DNA of 64,000 bases from Candidatus Bathyarchaeota archaeon. Lineage in GTDB: Archaea > Thermoproteota > Bathyarchaeia > Bathyarchaeales > Bathycorpusculaceae. Below, piece by piece: positions 1 to 9,720 of the stretch (the first letter of the stretch is position 1; the number at the start of each line of letters is the position of its first letter). The stretch covers positions 160,001-224,000 of the forward strand of contig CAWAKC010000001.1 in assembly GCA_963782525.1 (NCBI GenBank), read 5' to 3'. Position numbers and translations under genes: made by a program. The notes beneath the pieces are model-generated. The model was not told the origin of the DNA, did not search any database, and saw only the letters and a list, made by a program, of their open reading frames with translations.

Positions 1-48
1 CAGCACCGATACAGTCAACATTGTCTTGTTTAAGTTTTTTGTATCCAT
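1..48 (-). CDS. 5' end of a gene running off the window (possible signal peptide or membrane protein)
   Basis: ATG at 48 reads MDTKNLNKTMLTVSVL...; only 16 codons visible. Confidence 0.4.
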   Translation of the reverse strand, partial: MDTKNLNKTMLTVSVL

Positions 49-159
49 TTTGCGGACTGTTTCCTTAAGGAGTTTTTAGTTAGAAAATTCTTCTTATATT
101 TAATGGGGCTATAGATTTTTTTCAAAGTCAGACTTAAGCCAAAATTTATTTGCAGAAAA

Positions 160-3036
160 TTATCTGAAGCGTTTGTTCAGCAATTTACGTTCAGCTTCCA
201 AAATCCACTCATAGAATTTGTCAGAGAGCTTTGGCTCCTTCTCCAAAACGGCTCGGATATCAGCTGCTGAAACCCGCCTAGCACTTAGCGCCACCGCAGC
301 GGGTTTACCATACTTTTCGATTAATTCTGCTGTCTGTTTAGCGTGTATCTTCATCTTTTCTTCGTCTTTGCCCAGTTTTTCTCCCCGTTTTTCAATCAGT
401 GGCAAAGCCTTCTCCTCTTCAACCTTGAGCAGGCCTATCGCCGAAGATCCGCATCGTGGGCATTTGGGTTTGTCTGGCAAGTCTTTGATGCGGATTGATT
501 CCATGTAGTCCCAACAGGCAGTGCAGACAAAGTTTCCTGTCTCGTTTAGTAACCTTGCTTTGGCTGATTCAACTAGGACTGCACGCATTTGTTCTGGTGG
601 AATAAGGTCGGTTTTCATACTGACCCGTTCAATGCCCACACGGGCTACAGGTGTGGCGTTGCCGCCTGTCTCAGCCACTTGCAAACGAACTAAGCCGTCA
701 CGCAGGCGCCCAAGAACCATCACGAGCCCATCGCCATCAATGTCTTTAGAGAAAACTTCCTTAAGTCCTTCTTCGTAAATGGGGGTGCCTTCAAAACTGG
801 TTATCAGCTTTTGTATGCTTATGCTTCCAAAATCAGCCCACTTCTTGAGTGCTCCAAAACGCCGTGCCACCTGAATCACACGCCTCTTAAACAACCCAGT
901 TTTAATTGTTGATTGCGTTAACGTGTTTCTGATGGGTTGTTCGCTCATGCATTGAATCTCTTTTAGCACTTCAACAAGGCGTTCAGCATTCATGGAGCCC
1001 ATGGTTTGCACAAAAATGCGGTAGGGGTCATGTTGTACAACTATGCCGCGTCCAAGTTTGTCTGATAATACTTGCCCTAAAAGCTGAGCTAAAGCTCGAT
1101 TCGTAAGTGAACCAAAATTGGTGTGGAGAATTACGAATTCAGTCCAATCCTCGACCACAATCCGTTCGGGAGTAGGAACTGGAAAGCCGTTGTGTACCTG
1201 CTCTAGTGTTTCTTCTAAAGCGTGACGAATTGTCTCGGTATCGGCTGGGTAGCGTTCCGAAAGTAATGCACTGATTTGCTCGCCAGAATACCCACTGTGG
1301 CTTTTCTCCTCTGCAAACCCGCGGATTTCCGCGAGTTCCTGCGCTACTTCGTAGGGAACGGGGATTTCTTCGCCTATCCAGCTTGGTATTGAGCCTGTTG
1401 GGTCGTCGACTGGCCGAACGTAGACTTTTTCTTCGGTGGCGTGTATGATTTGCCATGGGCTGCCTCGGATTATGAATTTTGTGCCCGGCTTACCGTACTC
1501 TGCCATGAAGGCTTCGTCTAAGACGCCGATGGATGTGTCGGTTGATTCGTCGATTACGAGGAACTGTTTTTCTTCGGGAATCATTGATAAATTATCAAAA
1601 TAGTACTCGAACAACGCCTTGGTCCGCTGTGGTCTTAGCACTACCTGGTCCTCAAACGATGCCCAAGCTAATCTGGGAAAACGGTTATGCATGTACTTAA
1701 GGATTTTTTCTACATCGGTAATGGTCAGGTTTTCGAATGGAGCAGCGTTGCAGCAAATTTGCAAAATCTCGTTGAAGGCAAGACGACGGTTTTTTAGCAG
1801 TAACCCAGCGATTTGATGTGCCAAAACATCGTATGGCTTATCAGGTATCGAAAGCGGCTCCAACTCTTCATTCAAAGCCCGCCTTGCAATAACCAGCGCT
1901 TCGAGGGTGTCATCGGAGTCCATGCCGATAATTAATCCCTCAGACAAGTTCCCATAGGTGTGTCCTGCTCGACCAACCCTCTGGATTAAACGTGAAACCT
2001 GCCGTGGACTCATGTATTGGATAACAAGATCTATGTGGCCAACGTCTATTCCGAGTTCGAGGCTGCTGGTGGCAATTAATCCTTTTAGAGCACCTCTTTT
2101 GAGCCCTGTTTCAGCTGCTATACGTGAAGGCTTAGTCAAAGAGCCATGATGGATTGAAATTGGAAAATCGGCATCCCAGACTTTGAAGCGTGAAGCCAAA
2201 ACCTCAGAAACCGAACGAGTGTTAGTGAATAGTAGCACGGATTTGTGTTTGGTCATGTAGTCGCGGATAATTCGCAGTCTCGCTGCTACTTCGGGGTGGG
2301 TATAGATTTTTGAGGCAAATTGGGCGTCTTGCTCGGTTGGTTTGGGGTAGATAACCTGCAATTTCACCATTTTGGCGACGGGTACGCGGATAATTTCTAC
2401 GGGTCGCTTGTCACCTACAAGAAAATGGGCAACTTTGTCGGGGCTGCCAACTGTGGCAGATAACCCGACCATTTGGAAATCCTTACCGATTAGATCGCGG
2501 ATACGCTCAAGCGCTAACGACAGCTGGCTGCCTCGTTTGCTGTCGGCTAACTCATGTACCTCATCGATAACTATCCATTTGAGGCTCTGCAGGCTCTGGC
2601 GCAGCAGCCACCCTGTGAGTATGGCTTGGAGGGTTTCGGGTGTGGTAATTAGGATGTCTGGTGGACATTTGGATTGGCGAGTACGTTCTTTGGTTTCGGT
2701 GTCACCATGCCTAACTGCCAATTTGATGTCAAGGTTATTACACCACCATTGCAACCGCTCAAGCAAGTCGCGGTTTAGAGCACGAAGCGGCGTAATGTAC
2801 AATACTTTAATCCCTGGAGTTTTGGGCAACTGCAAAAGCATGCTCATAATCGGCAGAAAAGCGGCTTCGGTTTTGCCCGTGGCCGTGGGCGAGATTAAGA
2901 GGACGTTTTTGCCTTCGAGGATTTTAGGTATTGTTTGTTCTTGGGGGTCAGTGGGTTTTAGAAATCCTTTCTGTTCAATTAGCCTTCGAAGTGGCTTTAC
3001 GAGCCTTTCAAAAGCGTTTTCAGAAGTAGCTTGCAA
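160..3036 (-). CDS. lhr: Lhr-family ATP-dependent DEAD/H helicase with C-terminal Zn ribbon
   Basis: Motifs PTATGKT, DEVH, SAT, HHGSL, QRVGRAGH; C-terminal CTAC...CPRC. Confidence 0.92.
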   Translation of the reverse strand: MQATSENAFERLVKPLRRLIEQKGFLKPTDPQEQTIPKILEGKNVLLISPTATGKTEAAFLPIMSMLLQLPKTPGIKVLYITPLRALNRDLLERLQWWCNNLDIKLAVRHGDTETKERTRQSKCPPDILITTPETLQAILTGWLLRQSLQSLKWIVIDEVHELADSKRGSQLSLALERIRDLIGKDFQMVGLSATVGSPDKVAHFLVGDKRPVEIIRVPVAKMVKLQVIYPKPTEQDAQFASKIYTHPEVAARLRIIRDYMTKHKSVLLFTNTRSVSEVLASRFKVWDADFPISIHHGSLTKPSRIAAETGLKRGALKGLIATSSLELGIDVGHIDLVIQYMSPRQVSRLIQRVGRAGHTYGNLSEGLIIGMDSDDTLEALVIARRALNEELEPLSIPDKPYDVLAHQIAGLLLKNRRLAFNEILQICCNAAPFENLTITDVEKILKYMHNRFPRLAWASFEDQVVLRPQRTKALFEYYFDNLSMIPEEKQFLVIDESTDTSIGVLDEAFMAEYGKPGTKFIIRGSPWQIIHATEEKVYVRPVDDPTGSIPSWIGEEIPVPYEVAQELAEIRGFAEEKSHSGYSGEQISALLSERYPADTETIRHALEETLEQVHNGFPVPTPERIVVEDWTEFVILHTNFGSLTNRALAQLLGQVLSDKLGRGIVVQHDPYRIFVQTMGSMNAERLVEVLKEIQCMSEQPIRNTLTQSTIKTGLFKRRVIQVARRFGALKKWADFGSISIQKLITSFEGTPIYEEGLKEVFSKDIDGDGLVMVLGRLRDGLVRLQVAETGGNATPVARVGIERVSMKTDLIPPEQMRAVLVESAKARLLNETGNFVCTACWDYMESIRIKDLPDKPKCPRCGSSAIGLLKVEEEKALPLIEKRGEKLGKDEEKMKIHAKQTAELIEKYGKPAAVALSARRVSAADIRAVLEKEPKLSDKFYEWILEAERKLLNKRFR

Positions 3037-3346
3037 TATAACCTGACCCGACTGTTAAGAAGATAAGCTTTATTTCAGCTATAAAAGACGTTGGGAGAGA
3101 AAATCGATGTTGGCAGGGGTTTTAGGCATTTTTCTTGTTGGTTTGTGATTTATTGGTATTGTTTTAGGCTAATATCTAAGCGTTTGAATGGTTGTTTCAA
3201 CACTTCTTTTACTTTGCATCCATACCATTGACATAAAGATGTTTAATTTTAATGTTGAAAAGAAAAATATCTATGGGAAAGCTATGGAAAGTTTTTTATC
3301 CTATCAGCCTAAAGCATGGAAGCAACAACATTGGAGGATAAACTAA

Positions 3347-3517
3347 ATGGCTAAATGTCCAAAATGCGGAACAGAAGTAGCAAAGCCAAAGAAAACCTGG
3401 AAAATGGCAGGCCGCCCAGATAAAGCTGGCAAACGCATGCAACTAGAAATCGGACTCTACGAATGCCCAAAATGCGGCAACGTATTCCGCGAAGTATTAA
3501 GCAAACAAAAAATTTAA
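3347..3517 (+). CDS. Small basic Cren7-like chromatin protein with two CPKCG knuckles (56 aa, not in ORF track)
   Basis: MAKCPKCGTEVAKPKKTWKMAGRPDKAGKRMQLEIGLYECPKCGNVFREVLSKQKI; GGAGG SD at 3333-3337; Cren7-like P-x-K-x-W...IGL[FY]xxP...G..FR pattern; T-rich tract downstream. Confidence 0.75.
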   Translation: MAKCPKCGTEVAKPKKTWKMAGRPDKAGKRMQLEIGLYECPKCGNVFREVLSKQKI

Positions 3518-3728
3518 CCTACAACCTAAACGAGCAGTTGCAAGTTTTGCACTCTCATTTTTTCTTTTTTGTTAAGGGGCAGTTTTAAAACCATGTTGCG
3601 CTTATAATTTTTGTTTGTAGAAATCGATTTTGTGCTTCCAGTAGTTAAAGAAAGAAAAAGAAAACTGAACTACAGAACAAATAAAACAGGGCAGCTGTAG
3701 ATGTGTTTATAAAGATAGCCTTTGATAA

Positions 3729-4328
3729 ATGAACATTCAAGAAAGGCGATATGCAAGAGGGAAAGGTTTGCCAAAAGTTAAAGCTACATTAAGCATAGAG
3801 AACGTGGTCGCTTCGGCAACGCTCAACCAGAAAGTCGATTTAAACGCAGTCGTCAAAGGTTATCCAGGCGTTGAATATCGCCCCGAACAGTTCCCAGGCT
3901 TAGTTTTTCGATTAAAACGCCCCAAAACGGCCACATTGATTTTCAGCTCAGGAAAAATGGTCTGCACAGGCGCCAAATCTGAGAAGGAAGCGCGCCGAGC
4001 CGTCATGAAAGTTGTGAAGGAACTCAAGAAGGGCGGAATCATAATCATCAGCAAACCCGAAATGAAAATTCAAAACATCGTTGCCTCAGGCATCTTGGGC
4101 GGCATGATTGACCTCGAAAAAGCCGCATACACCCTCGACCACGCCATGTATGAACCTGAACAGTTTCCAGGCTTAATCTACCGTATGGCAGAACCCAAAG
4201 TTGTCATTTTGCTCTTCGCCAGCGGCAAACTTGTCTGTACTGGAGGCAAAAAAGAACAGGATGTTTATGACTCAGTGGATAAATTGCATGCGCTACTCGA
4301 AGAAACCAGCCTAATCTACTACGAATAA
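3729..4328 (+). CDS. tbp: TATA-box binding protein (true start probably TTG at 3768)
   Basis: Two TBP repeats (ENVVAS...YRPEQFPGL and QNIVAS...YEPEQFPGL). Confidence 0.97.
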   Translation: MNIQERRYARGKGLPKVKATLSIENVVASATLNQKVDLNAVVKGYPGVEYRPEQFPGLVFRLKRPKTATLIFSSGKMVCTGAKSEKEARRAVMKVVKELKKGGIIIISKPEMKIQNIVASGILGGMIDLEKAAYTLDHAMYEPEQFPGLIYRMAEPKVVILLFASGKLVCTGGKKEQDVYDSVDKLHALLEETSLIYYE

Positions 4329-4336
4329 ACCCCGAC

Positions 4337-4966
4337 TTAATGCTTTTTTACCTGTTTTAGAATCGTTTTTAGGTTTTCTTCGTCGATTGCACCCATTTCA
4401 TAGAGTGTGTTCGCGATTTCACTTATCTTAAGCAATGCATGAAGTTTTATGCCGTTCTTTTCAAGCATCTGTTTTCCGCCTTCTTCGCGGTCAAGAAAAA
4501 CCACTGCTTCTGACACTACTCCACCTTCAGCTTTCACCGCTTCAGCAGCCGTCTTTAATGTTAAACCAGTGGTAAGCAAATCATCAATCAACAAAACTTT
4601 GTCTCCTGAAACCAATATGCCTTCGACTCTGCGTTCTCTACCGTGCAAGTGTTCATCCTTGCGCACGTACAGGAAGGGTTTTTTGAGGTTGTAGGCGATT
4701 TGGGAGGCGAAGGGGATTCCTGCTAAGGGTATGGCGGCGATGCGGTCGAAGTTTTTAACTCCGATTTCGCTATTGATGTATTGGGCGTAGGACTCGCAGA
4801 TTTCTCGAAATGCATCGGGGAAACTAGGAATTACGCGAAGATCAACATAGTAGGGGCTTGCTTTTCCGCTAGTTAGTTTGAAAACTCCAAATTTTATGGC
4901 GTCGAGTTTGAAAAGGATGTTCGCCATCTTTTCCTTCGGGGCTAAACCTTTACTTTCACTTTTCAT
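4337..4966 (-). CDS. pyrE: Orotate phosphoribosyltransferase
   Basis: FKLTSGKASPYYVDLR, YVRK, PRPP-binding LLIDDLLTTG. Confidence 0.93.
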   Translation of the reverse strand: MKSESKGLAPKEKMANILFKLDAIKFGVFKLTSGKASPYYVDLRVIPSFPDAFREICESYAQYINSEIGVKNFDRIAAIPLAGIPFASQIAYNLKKPFLYVRKDEHLHGRERRVEGILVSGDKVLLIDDLLTTGLTLKTAAEAVKAEGGVVSEAVVFLDREEGGKQMLEKNGIKLHALLKISEIANTLYEMGAIDEENLKTILKQVKKH

Positions 4967-4970
4967 TTTT

Positions 4971-5660
4971 TCACGTCCTCTTAGAAACCTGATAAATCTT
5001 GTTCTGTTGGGGAATCAAGCATGCAGTCCGCGGCAGCTCATTTTTCAAAAGTTCTTCGAACTCCTTCTGGCTTGCAACTGTCGCAGTGTGGTAGGGGACC
5101 ACAATTTGTGGTTTAGTTAACCAAGCAATTTCAAAGCCTGATTTCGGTGAAGCGCCTGGAGCAATGCCGACTGTGCAGAAGACCAAGTCAAAGTTTTCTT
5201 TCTGCGCCATCTTCGCGAGTTCTGGGAAAGGTAAACTATCCGAGGTGTGGTAGACTTTTACGTTGTCCTCGCTAGTTATGATGTATGTGACTGGTGCTTG
5301 GGCAGGGTGATTGCTTTTTTCCGCTTTTATGGAGACTTCTCCAACTTTGATTTCCGTGCCAGGTTTGATTTCTATAAGTTTGTCGTTTGGGAGAGCGAGT
5401 TTGAGTTTTTTGGTTGAGGCAGCGTCGGCGATTATTGTGCATCCTGTCGCTTTCTGGATATCTGCGACTAAAGGTGGGTCGAGGTGGTCGTAGTGTTCAT
5501 GGGTGATTAAGATGGCGTCGACGTTTTGGAGGTTTTTAGCTTTCACATCTACAGGATCTATTGCAAACGTTTTAGTCGGGGTTTTCAGAAGAATCCCAGC
5601 GTAGTTGTTGAGCCACATGAAGAATATGCTGTTTTTCTCGGGCGTTTTCTGGATGGACAA
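4971..5660 (-). CDS. MBL-fold metallo-hydrolase
   Basis: THEHYDH motif, later H and HTSDS, PYH. Confidence 0.85.
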   Translation of the reverse strand: MSIQKTPEKNSIFFMWLNNYAGILLKTPTKTFAIDPVDVKAKNLQNVDAILITHEHYDHLDPPLVADIQKATGCTIIADAASTKKLKLALPNDKLIEIKPGTEIKVGEVSIKAEKSNHPAQAPVTYIITSEDNVKVYHTSDSLPFPELAKMAQKENFDLVFCTVGIAPGASPKSGFEIAWLTKPQIVVPYHTATVASQKEFEELLKNELPRTACLIPQQNKIYQVSKRT

Positions 5661-5810
5661 GTTTGATTCCTCAAGAACTAGTATGCGAGATGCGTTTTAA
5701 AGAAGTTATGCATCCAAACGCGAACACAATAATGCTTGATAAAAGCTACCTCAGTTATGGGTAAGAATTTTTTCTGTAGTGGGTGAACTTTACAATTCAG
5801 GATTAAATCT

Positions 5811-5870
5811 GATTGTTGTTGCAACCGTTGTGCAGAATGCAGTTGCAGCAACAACAACAACAACTTCTAC
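5811..5870. repeat. Triplet-arm palindrome (GTT/AAC type) with CTAC (GTAG) foot
   Basis: TTGTTGTTGCAAC (5813-5825) vs GTTGCAGCAACAA (5842-5854), followed by (CAA)n-CTTCTAC. Confidence 0.6.
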
Positions 5871-5893
5871 GCACTGTGATTCAACTCTGGAAT

Positions 5894-6283
5894 TTAGAAG
5901 TATAGGCTTTGAATCTTTGAAAGATGCAACAATCGGCGTGCAAAATCCCCGATGCGTCGGATAACAAGTTTTGTTTGGCGCCAAGAGGGACCCACTACGC
6001 CTATGTAGAAATTAGGATTGACTAAGGCATAGTTGAGTAGTAGGCCTGAGGTTGTGAAGCTTTTGCCAGCTTGCCGACTCCATCGGGCAGCCACAAACTG
6101 GTTCTTCTGGAAAAGCTCGATTAATTCCTTTTGATAATCGGTCGGCTCTATCCCCAGCACTTGACGGAAAAATTCTATTGGATCGTTTTTTAGGGTCTCA
6201 ACTTAGCTCAGTCGCTGAGACTTTATTTCCAAAGCTTGTAAACGGAGTCGGGCCCGCTCCTCAAAAAATCTATTTGGTCGGAA
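5894..6283 (-). pseudogene. Truncated terminase large subunit (N-terminal ATPase fragment)
   Basis: DPIEFFRQVLGIEPTDYQ (Q motif), WSRQAGKS (TerL-type Walker A), VGPSWRQ; in-frame TAA at 6203-6205, no start codon, truncated before Walker B. Confidence 0.75.
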
Positions 6284-6714
6284 CGCCTTGGGTTTTTGGA
6301 AGTTCCGCATATTTCTTCCTTAACTCAACCAATTCTGCTTCAAGCCCTCGATAATCCATGTAATCCGCTAAAAGTTCCTTGTAGACTTTGACACCTAAAA
6401 TCATGTTACTCAATCGCAAAATATCGGTTTTTTCCAGACCCGGTTTTTCCAGCACAGATAGGGCAACTGATAACTTTATCAGCGTTTCTTCAACACTTGG
6501 CAGCTCTTCAGGCAACTCAAGCTTAGAAGTAGTAGTCGATTGGTTGTGCACCTCTTCGTCTACTACTTCCAAACCTAACCGCTCAATCTTCTTGTAGATG
6601 GCATCCTTAGTGTATCGCCCATCGAAACTGAAAACTAGAAGCTTCGACACTAACGCCTGAGGTAACCCAATCCTTGAGCTTTTTCTCATCTTCCAACGAC
6701 CATGGGTGCAGCAT
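6270..6714 (-). pseudogene. Frameshifted HTH/coiled-coil protein directly upstream of terL; putative terminase small subunit
   Basis: MLHPWSLEDEKKLKDWVTSGVSVEA (from 6714) joins LVFSFDGRYTKDAIYKKIERLGL after a 1-nt shift near 6640; overlaps the 5' end of terL; TerS identity is positional inference. Confidence 0.5.
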
Positions 6715-7117
6715 CAGGTACTTATACCATTTCATTTTATGTGTTTGCAGGGTTCATGACTGGCAGTATTTTGTCGAAAGCGCTTTTGCCATTGAGAGTG
6801 TTCATAAGAAGTAGAAGGCGTCACTTGAACTTGGTTGTTGAGAGCCTTCGCTTGGGCTCCAAAGTTGAAAGCAAATATCCAAACGCTATTCGCTGGACTC
6901 TTCAACCAAAAGCGCGAAGTATTAGGGGTCAAGATAAGGAGGCAGCCAAGTGACTACAAAAGAGATTTGGAATACGATTAGAGGCTGGTTTCCACAAGAA
7001 CCTGTATAAAAAGCCCCTGTCAAAGCGCAAATCTCACCAGTCAACAGAAGCCCAAGTTTTAAAGTGAGAAGATGGTTTTTTGGATTCTCAGCTTTTATGC
7101 GGTCGTTGTGGAGGCAG

Positions 7118-7558
7118 ATGAACGCCAGAACAAAAGGGATAATCCTTGCTTTATCAGCGACGGTCTTAACTGGATTCGTATTCTACTTTCTCGCTGATAG
7201 GCATCTTATCGATAATTCCATGATTCTTTGGGGAAGCTGGATATTTCAAGGGGGTTTTCTCGTGTACATATTTGTGGATTTCCTCTGCCACTTCTTCAAG
7301 GACAAAGCGTCTGGCAAAAATCGCTTGACCGTAAACGTTAATCCCCTCCTAAGAATGGCAGGTATACTCGTCTGCGGGGTTGCTACGGTCGTGATGGTTA
7401 GCACATACTTCTTGGAATTGTACGTTTACTCTTTTCCATCGAACTTGCCAACCATTCCGTTTTACCTTGGGATATGGGCGTTTTTGCTGTATCTCCTTGT
7501 ACTGGGATTATACATGGAGTGGCGGAAAAAGAACAAACTTGAACCCTTCGCAGGATAG
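7118..7558 (+). CDS. Hypothetical 4-TM membrane protein
   Basis: GGAGG SD before ATG 7118; four hydrophobic segments. Confidence 0.6.
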   Translation: MNARTKGIILALSATVLTGFVFYFLADRHLIDNSMILWGSWIFQGGFLVYIFVDFLCHFFKDKASGKNRLTVNVNPLLRMAGILVCGVATVVMVSTYFLELYVYSFPSNLPTIPFYLGIWAFLLYLLVLGLYMEWRKKNKLEPFAG

Positions 7559-7684
7559 TCTTTGAGGACTAAATTTTCAGTCGAAGACTCCTGTTGGTTC
7601 AAGTCTTCGTCATTTTTTAAGAAAGGGGTTTGATAAGGCTTAATAGTTTCTTGTGCCGAGTACATGAATAATCAGTGACTTGGC

Positions 7685-8968
7685 ATGGTTGATGTTTGGC
7701 TTCCCTACGGAAAAACCGACGTATGCGTCCGAGTTCCAGCCCGAAACCTGTTGGGCACGATTGAGCCTAAAGAGCAGCCTACCGCAGAGGATGCGAAAGC
7801 TGAGGTTGAACGGGCACTCAAAGAACCCATCGGCGCCAAACGTCTAAGCGAATTTGTTAAGCCAGAGTACAAAGTGGCAATTGTAGTGGATGTTGCATCC
7901 CGTAAGACGCCGGGAGAAATCCTGCTTTTGCCAGTGCTTGCTGAACTCAACGGGGCAGGCATTAAAGACGAGAACGTCACGGTTGTTTTTGGTTGCGGAA
8001 CCTACCCAGCAGTTAAGCCCGAAGAAGCGGCGAGACTGATTGGTGAGGAAGCACTAAAACGAGTGAAAACCGTTAGCCACGATTGCCGAGCACCAGATTT
8101 AGCAAACGTGGGCACAACAAAAAGCCATGGAAACAGAGTCTTGGTGAACCGCACATTCATGGAAGCCGACGTTAAGGTGCTTTTGGGCGATGTTGACCTC
8201 AACTATTACGCAGGATATGGCGGAGGAAGGAAGGGTGTTTTGCCGGGGATTTGCGGCGAGGAAACCATTAAGCAGAACCACGGCATGCTCGTGAGTGCCA
8301 ACGCAAGATCTGGGAATCTTGTGGATAATCCTGTTCATGTTGATATGACTGAGGCGGCAAGGTTAGCCAAAGTAGATTTTATAGTTAACGTGGTTGCTAA
8401 TCGAAAAGGCGAAGTTGTGAGAGCGTTCGCAGGCGATTTGGAAGCGGCGTTTCTGGAAGCGGTCAAACTCTACGAGAACATGTACAGTATAACTGTGGAT
8501 CGGCGAGGAGACATTATCGTTGTGGGTGCAGGTGGGTATCCAGCTGATGTTAGCCTGTATGAAGCTTACAAGGGTTTAGATAACGCCTTAGATGCCGTCA
8601 AACGCGGCGGGGTCATGATTCTTGTTGCAGAATGCACCGAGGGACATGGTAACCAAGTCTTCTATGACTGGATGATGCGGTTAGCAGACATTAAGAATGT
8701 GGAACGAGAAATAAAACGCAACTTTGTCCTCGGCGGATACAAAACATATTACCTGCTAAAAGCGTTGCAAAATCACCAGATAATCCTCGTATCTTCGCTG
8801 CCAGAATATTATGCCAGCAGCGTTTTTAAGCTCAAGACCGCACGCGCCGTCAACGACGCCCTCACAGAAGCCTTCAAGATTGCTGGTTCAGCATCCAGAG
8901 TTTGGGCACTGCCCTATGGAAATGTAACATTACCAGTTTACAAGGCTCCAGAAGAAACAAAAACCTAA
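7685..8968 (+). CDS. LarA-superfamily (nickel-pincer racemase/epimerase-like) protein
   Basis: LPYG N-terminus, AGYGGGRK, NPVHVDM, GGYPAD, EC.EG.G LarA signatures; two catalytic His appear substituted. Confidence 0.85.
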   Translation: MVDVWLPYGKTDVCVRVPARNLLGTIEPKEQPTAEDAKAEVERALKEPIGAKRLSEFVKPEYKVAIVVDVASRKTPGEILLLPVLAELNGAGIKDENVTVVFGCGTYPAVKPEEAARLIGEEALKRVKTVSHDCRAPDLANVGTTKSHGNRVLVNRTFMEADVKVLLGDVDLNYYAGYGGGRKGVLPGICGEETIKQNHGMLVSANARSGNLVDNPVHVDMTEAARLAKVDFIVNVVANRKGEVVRAFAGDLEAAFLEAVKLYENMYSITVDRRGDIIVVGAGGYPADVSLYEAYKGLDNALDAVKRGGVMILVAECTEGHGNQVFYDWMMRLADIKNVEREIKRNFVLGGYKTYYLLKALQNHQIILVSSLPEYYASSVFKLKTARAVNDALTEAFKIAGSASRVWALPYGNVTLPVYKAPEETKT

Positions 8969-9066
8969 CCCAAAACCAGCCCAACGCCCAAATGGAGCGA
9001 GCGGTTAATCCTTAAAGCGTAACCTTTAAGTCTCAAACTGAAATTTGGTTTAGGCAAGGCGAAATA

Positions 9067-9543
9067 ATGCAACAACCCTTCACGTTGCGAAAGTTTGTTC
9101 CAGACGATTTACAGGCTGTTATGCAAATCAACCGCGTGTGCCTCCCAGAAAACTACACCGATTTCTTCTTCACGGATCTACATCAAAGGTTCCCAGAAAC
9201 CTTCATTGTAGCTGATGAAAACGGAAAAATCGGTGGGTACATAATGTGCCGCATTGAGGTTGGATTGTCAAATTTTGGTTTAGGCGGTTTAATTCGGAAG
9301 GGACATGTAGTTTCTATCGCAGTGATGCCGCAGAGCAGACGCAAAGGCATGGCCTCAGCATTAATCACAAGGGCGCTGGAGGGCATGGGATACTACAAGG
9401 CAAAACAATGCTTCCTTGAGGTGCGTGTAACCAACGAGGCAGGAATAACCCTCTACAAGAAACTGGGCTTCGAAATTACAAGAACTATCAACGGCTACTA
9501 TTCAGACGGCGAAGACGCCTATGTTATGACAAAACGACTCTAA
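9067..9543 (+). CDS. ard1: N-terminal acetyltransferase (Ard1/RimI family GNAT)
   Basis: LPENY, GHVVSIAV, RRKGMA, LEVRVTN, YYSDGEDAY. Confidence 0.9.
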   Translation: MQQPFTLRKFVPDDLQAVMQINRVCLPENYTDFFFTDLHQRFPETFIVADENGKIGGYIMCRIEVGLSNFGLGGLIRKGHVVSIAVMPQSRRKGMASALITRALEGMGYYKAKQCFLEVRVTNEAGITLYKKLGFEITRTINGYYSDGEDAYVMTKRL

Positions 9544-9559
9544 ACACAAATTTAATTTT

Positions 9560-9720
9560 GCAAAATAAAAATTAGTTCTTAACCAACCTAAGCTCAACAG
9601 TTGCAAGCAGGTCCACCTGCCGACCAAGACGAGGAGAGGAAAGAAAAATGCAAAGAACGAACCTCGCCTAAGCCGACAACTGGACCTGCTCAACTATCGA
9701 ACAGCTACCTTTTCCTGTCT
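9560..9720 (-). ncRNA. Candidate structured ncRNA (long hairpin 9592-9702)
   Basis: About 40-bp stem on the minus strand with many G-U pairs; TATA-like TTTTATAT at about 9741-9748 upstream; U-rich tract downstream. Confidence 0.5.

Noticed and set aside
2372-3046. Long antisense ORFs (this one, 23028-23618, 35956-36552 and others)
   Set aside because: Shadows of well-conserved genes on the opposite strand
9592-9702. SRP RNA or RNase P RNA
   Set aside because: Too short, and lacks the SRP helix 8 motif and the RNase P GAGGAAAGUCC/P4 signature
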